DNA from: a candidate division WWE3 bacterium UBA1379
GTDB lineage: Bacteria > Patescibacteriota > WWE3 > UBA101185 > UBA10185
NCBI GenBank assembly: GCA_002305475.1
Contig: DBRB01000003.1
Coordinates: forward strand, 13,360-77,359
Direction of reading: 5' to 3'
DNA length: 64,000 nt
In this document: positions 59,816-64,000 of the stretch, piece after piece
Position numbering within the stretch: position 1 is the first letter of the stretch
Layout of the letters: the number at the start of each line of letters is the position of its first letter
Notes under the pieces: model-generated
What the model was told of the DNA's origin: nothing
Databases searched by the model: none
Seen by the model: the letters and a program-made list of their open reading frames with translations, nothing else
Position numbers and translations under genes: made by a program

Positions 59816-61669
59816 TTATTTTAAGCTTTCCAGAAGTTTTTCTTTTATTTCAGCAGCTTCTTCCTTAGTAGTTTCTTTTTCCAGGAATTCAAGTTTTACG
59901 GATACTGATCTGGTATTTTGTTTTTTGTTGATATATTCTCCGACAACATAAGCATTATTGATTTTACTGTTGAAATTTAGAATTTTATCAAATATCGGAC
60001 CAAACGGTATGTTCAGTGGTACGGGAATTGTTGCTTCCTCTATTACCAGGTTTTGATAGCTATCCAACACTTTCATATTAGTTTTTTCTGTATTCATTAA
60101 TTCTTCGGTATCAAGTGTGAATGAATTCCATTGAATATTTATATTTTTTAAGACTGAAGAAGATCTGATGCCAAGATCTAAAAGCAAACCTGAAAGAATT
60201 TCCCTTAGTCTGATTGAATTATCATAAGGAGAAAGTTCTGATTCGTATATTACGGTGACTCTGCGGGGCTCCGAATAACTGTTTATATTCTCAGGATTAC
60301 CTTTGAGTTTGTACACTTTGCCAATTTCAAATATTCCTACCTCAGGTATTCTGTGTTTTCTATATTCCTCAACAATCGAATGCAGCGTATCGAATATACT
60401 TGTTCGCAGAGCATTCTTATCGGAACTAAGTGCATTTTCCAATACTACCTGATTGCTATTTTTCGCGTTACGGGAAACGATCGGATCGCTGATATGTTCA
60501 TGCAATCCCAGTCTGGTTAACGAATCCCTGATTTTATCCTCGAATTTATATAATTCAGGTGTAATATCTTTTGGCGGTGCTGTTTGGATTAATTGTGCGG
60601 GTATTTTGTGATAACCGTTTATACGTAAAATATCGGCTGCAATATCATCCTCAACTTCGATATCCGTTCTAAAAAATGGGATTTTTAATCTCAGACTGTC
60701 ATTCTCCTCTTCAATAATTTCATAATCCAGAGCTGTAAGAATTCGTTTTATAACGTTCATATTAAAATCCAATCCGCTTAGTTTTTTAATACGGGACAAT
60801 CGTAAGGTCATATCTTTTTTTGGATAGGGTTTAGGATAATAATCCTCATTTTCATAGTATTCCCCGCCTGCTAGTTCCAGAATTAACTGAGTTGCCCGGG
60901 CAATTGCCCATTCCGTCAGTTTAGGATGCAGATATTTATCATATCTAAGTACTGTTTCGTTCTGTATTTTTAATTTTCTTGCGGTTTTTCTGACACTAGC
61001 CTGGCTGTAATTACCGGCATCCAGCACAATATCTGTAGTATTGAAATCAACGGCAGTAGAAAGACCACCTACTATCCCTCCAATCACAATAGGCTTATCA
61101 TTCTGGGTGAGGACAAAAGTGTTCTTATCCAGCTTAACAACCGTCCCGTCCAGGGTAGTGATTTCTTCACCGTCCTTGGCAATTCTGATAATAATTTCCT
61201 GTTTTTGGAATTTGGAGAGATCCTGGGCATGAAGCGGGTTGCCAATTTCAATCATTACGTAGTTTGTGATATCTACAATATTGTTAATTGGTGTCATTCC
61301 ATATTCCATCAGTCTATTCTTTAGCCACTTCGGAGATTCCTTTACCTTTACACCTCTGAATACTCTAGTATTAAATCTATGAACTAACTGTGGACATTCC
61401 ACCCTAACTTTCACTCCTCCGTTATCTTTACCTTTTTTGTTATACATTTCAGGAAGTTTAAATCGTGCATTTTCATAAGCCGCAAGATCCCGAGCGCACC
61501 CAATAATGGACAGCCAGTCCGAACGATCCATTCTGTGTTCCAGTTCCAAAATATCATCAGAGATCTGTTTTTCAAGCATTAGTCCCAGTGAAGTAAACGA
61601 TTCAGCCATATCCTTGGCACTTTTATCTATTTCAATATACTGTTTTAGCCATTCAAGAGGTATTCTCAT
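59816..61669 (-). CDS. pheT: Phenylalanine--tRNA ligase beta subunit (short form)
   Basis: WLKQY, RSDWLS..G.ARD, NNIVDITNYVM, P.FRTDI...DI; 617 aa. Confidence 0.93.
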   Translation of the reverse strand: MRIPLEWLKQYIEIDKSAKDMAESFTSLGLMLEKQISDDILELEHRMDRSDWLSIIGCARDLAAYENARFKLPEMYNKKGKDNGGVKVRVECPQLVHRFNTRVFRGVKVKESPKWLKNRLMEYGMTPINNIVDITNYVMIEIGNPLHAQDLSKFQKQEIIIRIAKDGEEITTLDGTVVKLDKNTFVLTQNDKPIVIGGIVGGLSTAVDFNTTDIVLDAGNYSQASVRKTARKLKIQNETVLRYDKYLHPKLTEWAIARATQLILELAGGEYYENEDYYPKPYPKKDMTLRLSRIKKLSGLDFNMNVIKRILTALDYEIIEEENDSLRLKIPFFRTDIEVEDDIAADILRINGYHKIPAQLIQTAPPKDITPELYKFEDKIRDSLTRLGLHEHISDPIVSRNAKNSNQVVLENALSSDKNALRTSIFDTLHSIVEEYRKHRIPEVGIFEIGKVYKLKGNPENINSYSEPRRVTVIYESELSPYDNSIRLREILSGLLLDLGIRSSSVLKNINIQWNSFTLDTEELMNTEKTNMKVLDSYQNLVIEEATIPVPLNIPFGPIFDKILNFNSKINNAYVVGEYINKKQNTRSVSVKLEFLEKETTKEEAAEIKEKLLESLK

Positions 61670-62673
61670 AGGTAGATCATTCCCCCTCCGTATAATTTTC
61701 TAATGTCCCCTATTCCGTATTTTGCCATCACCAAACGATCCAGACCCATTCCGAATGCAAAACCGGTATATTCCTCAGGATCAATTCCGCACATTTTCAA
61801 AGTATTGTAGTGGATCATTCCTGAGCCTAACACTTCAATCCATCCTCTGTATTTACATACCTCGCACCCCTTTCCTTTACAGAACTGGCATTTTACGTCA
61901 GTTCCCATACCCGGTGATACTTCCGGATAGTATTTATATCTGAATCTAAGTTCAATGTTTTCATCATTAAACAGATACTGATGGAAAAGAGTAAGGGTTG
62001 CCTTAAGATTCTGGATAGTGATTCCCTTGTCCACTACTACACCCTGATACTGATGAAAAAAGGAGGAGTTTGTTTTACTAGCGGTTTCATTTCTAAAGAC
62101 TTTACCCGGTACAACTACCCTTATTGGTGGTTTGTTATCAGTTAGGATGCGGGATTCCACGGATGAAGTGTGAGTTCTTAATAAGATATCCGGTTCATTA
62201 ACAAATAATGTGTCCTGAAGGTCTGTTGCAGGGTGATCTTCCGGTAAGTTCAGCTTTCTGAAATTATTTTCCACGGTCTCAATTTCCGGTCCTTCCGCGA
62301 TGGAAAATGAGTAGTACCTGAAAAATTCATTCATTTCCCTAATAATCTGAGTTGTTGGGTGCAGCATACCGGAGCTTTTTGCTTTCATTGGTATGCTTAA
62401 GTCTATGGAAGGATCATTGGTTTGTCTGATTAAATATTCTTTCTGTGTCTGTTCTATTCTACTTTTTATTTCATTCTGCAGGTTATTTATGACCGGACCA
62501 TATATTTTTTTCTCTTCTGGAGAAAATTTAGGGACTTCTTTCATAAGAAGGGTGATGATTCCCTGGGTTTTTGAAAAATATTTCAGATAAAGGTCATCAA
62601 AAGATCCGTTTTGAGAGGTTTTCTCTATGTCATGTTCAAACATCTCTTTAATTTCATTAATACGTTTATCCAT
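61666..62673 (-). CDS. pheS: Phenylalanine--tRNA ligase alpha subunit
   Basis: HPATDLQDT, LLRTHTS, PGKVFR, FHQ, GFAFGMGLDR. Confidence 0.97.
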   Translation of the reverse strand: MDKRINEIKEMFEHDIEKTSQNGSFDDLYLKYFSKTQGIITLLMKEVPKFSPEEKKIYGPVINNLQNEIKSRIEQTQKEYLIRQTNDPSIDLSIPMKAKSSGMLHPTTQIIREMNEFFRYYSFSIAEGPEIETVENNFRKLNLPEDHPATDLQDTLFVNEPDILLRTHTSSVESRILTDNKPPIRVVVPGKVFRNETASKTNSSFFHQYQGVVVDKGITIQNLKATLTLFHQYLFNDENIELRFRYKYYPEVSPGMGTDVKCQFCKGKGCEVCKYRGWIEVLGSGMIHYNTLKMCGIDPEEYTGFAFGMGLDRLVMAKYGIGDIRKLYGGGMIYL

Positions 62674-62780
62674 TATGTACGCAATTATAACTCAAATCAG
62701 CTTTGGGATGAACAGTATAATGGGTAATTAAGAGGGAGGTAAATGAAAAGAGGTGCAGACAATCTATGTGTGCACCTCGC

Positions 62781-63068
62781 TTATGTTCTTAATAGAAAAA
62801 AGTATTTTCTTACTTCCGGTTTATTGATTGGGTTGACTAATACAATGTCATCCACTTCTCTGTTTGCAAAAACTGCAAAATCTTTGGGAATCCTTTTCTT
62901 TCGAATTATCATCATTCTATGAGTGTTTATACCATCCGAAAAATCCAGATAATTGGGAACTTTATATGTATCGGAGATATAACAGAAACTTGGAAAATAC
63001 CCAAGTTCATCTCCATACAAAACTTTTACAGCATCTCTGATTGCACTGACTATGTGATCTGTTGTCAT
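62781..63068 (-). CDS. Orphan hypothetical protein
   Basis: SD AAGGAGAGG; hairpin at 62750-62778 downstream. Confidence 0.65.
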   Translation of the reverse strand: MTTDHIVSAIRDAVKVLYGDELGYFPSFCYISDTYKVPNYLDFSDGINTHRMMIIRKKRIPKDFAVFANREVDDIVLVNPINKPEVRKYFFLLRT

Positions 63069-63122
63069 AACCTCTCCTTTTACCTGATTTGTTCTTTTAA
63101 TATATCATTATTTGAGAAACTA

Positions 63123-63146
63123 TAAAACCTCCGTTTGGAGGTTTTA
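63123..63146 (-). terminator. Terminator of infC-rpmI-rplT
   Basis: TAAAACCTCC-gttt-GGAGGTTTTA. Confidence 0.75.
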
Positions 63147-63176
63147 GCATTCATACTAAGGTAATTCCCGAGCTAT

Positions 63177-63533
63177 TTATTTAATAGCACTTTTTACTTT
63201 TTCGACCACTGTCTTAAATCCGTTTGCATCGTTGACTGCCATCTCAGAGAGGGCTTTTCTGTCCAGTTCAATATTTGCCTTTTTTAAACCATTAATAAAT
63301 GTACTGTATCTTATATTGTGATCGGTTAATGCACCGTTAATTCTGGTAATCCAGAGTCTTCGTAGGTCTCTGCGTCTCTGTCTGCGTCCGGCAAATGCAT
63401 GTTCACCCGCTCTAATTACAGCCTCCGCAGCTCTTTTATAGAGTCTGTTTCTAGTTCCCCGATAACCTTTAGCCAGGGATAATATTTTTATATGTCTTCG
63501 GTGTCCTCTAGGACCTCCTTTTACGCGTGTCAT
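63177..63533 (-). CDS. rplT: 50S ribosomal protein L20
   Basis: [30 protein letters not shown]. Confidence 0.98.
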   Translation of the reverse strand: MTRVKGGPRGHRRHIKILSLAKGYRGTRNRLYKRAAEAVIRAGEHAFAGRRQRRRDLRRLWITRINGALTDHNIRYSTFINGLKKANIELDRKALSEMAVNDANGFKTVVEKVKSAIK

Positions 63534-63534
63534 A

Positions 63535-63741
63535 TTATTTTATATACCTTCCGTGTTTACCAAGTAATTTTTTGAATTTTTTTGTATGTCCGGTATCAGC
63601 TTGTTCGATCAGACTGCTTTTTCTGGTTCTTCTGCTGGCGTCCATTTTTATTTTCAAATGTCCGGTTCTATTTTGTTTTTTCAAAACCTTACCTGTTTTG
63701 GTAATTTTGATTCTTTTCATTAAGGTTTTTTTCGTTTTCAT
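63535..63741 (-). CDS. rpmI: 50S ribosomal protein L35
   Basis: MKTKK...[10 protein letters not shown]; infC-rpmI-rplT synteny. Confidence 0.93.
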   Translation of the reverse strand: MKTKKTLMKRIKITKTGKVLKKQNRTGHLKIKMDASRRTRKSSLIEQADTGHTKKFKKLLGKHGRYIK

Positions 63742-63765
63742 GTTTATATCTTTCAAATTGCTGTA

Positions 63766-64000
63766 TTACAGCTTAACAAATGTTACATTAATCATGTTTC
63801 CGTGTCTTTTAGGTTCCGCTTCAGTTCTGGCGATGTCTTTTAATTCCTGAGTAAATTTGTTAATTCTTTCCAAGGCAACTTCAGGGTGTTCACCTTCCCT
63901 GCCTTTCATTTTTACCGTGACTTTTACTCTATTTCCGTCTTCCAGAAATCCTCTTGCTCTTTGAATTCTATTATTCAGATCCCCAGCATCAATGGTGGGT
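63766..64000 (-). CDS. infC: Translation initiation factor IF-3, C-terminal part (truncated by the window edge)
   Basis: PTIDAGDLNNRIQRARGFLEDGNRVKVTVKMKGRE...PKRHGNMINVTFVKL*. Confidence 0.92.
   Translation of the reverse strand, partial: PTIDAGDLNNRIQRARGFLEDGNRVKVTVKMKGREGEHPEVALERINKFTQELKDIARTEAEPKRHGNMINVTFVKL

Overview
A 64-kb, AT-rich chromosomal segment that looks like a Patescibacteria/CPR bacterium, possibly WWE3 or Microgenomates (inferred from gene content, domain-stripped housekeeping proteins and the pilin cluster). It uses the standard genetic code. Housekeeping genes include dnaB, tRNA-Leu(CAA), efp, lspA, a RluA-family synthase, yebC, ruvC, xer, guaB, rnhB, gyrA, gyrB, hppA, trmD, rpsP, rnc, nusB, rpmF, rsmD, recG, tyrS, a class A PBP, pheST, rplT, rpmI and infC. 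There is also a VirD4/TraG-like ATPase and an ~18-kb type IV pilus/adhesin locus. No CRISPR array, IS element or prophage was seen. The most notable signals are: (1) a candidate terminus region at 12.8-13.6 kb, with a 28-bp dif-like site, iterated TTGTCATA motifs and an adjacent Xer recombinase, where core-gene polarity flips; (2) a signalling island between gyrA and gyrB, in which four of its promoter regions carry 11-bp-phased PhoP/WalR-like boxes, and which includes a stand-alone 69-aa HisKA/DHp protein and a probable non-coding RNA; (3) a Cys-rich PA14/Ig-like putative pilus adhesin, and two pilins that share a C-terminal PTVTPTxSxS tail; (4) an ACP homologue that appears to lack its phosphopantetheine serine; (5) a degenerate Lgt fused to DksA; (6) many SD-led orphan mini-genes, mostly terminator-capped, some of them paralogous or broken, scattered among largely leaderless core genes. 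All calls were made by eye and no searches were run.
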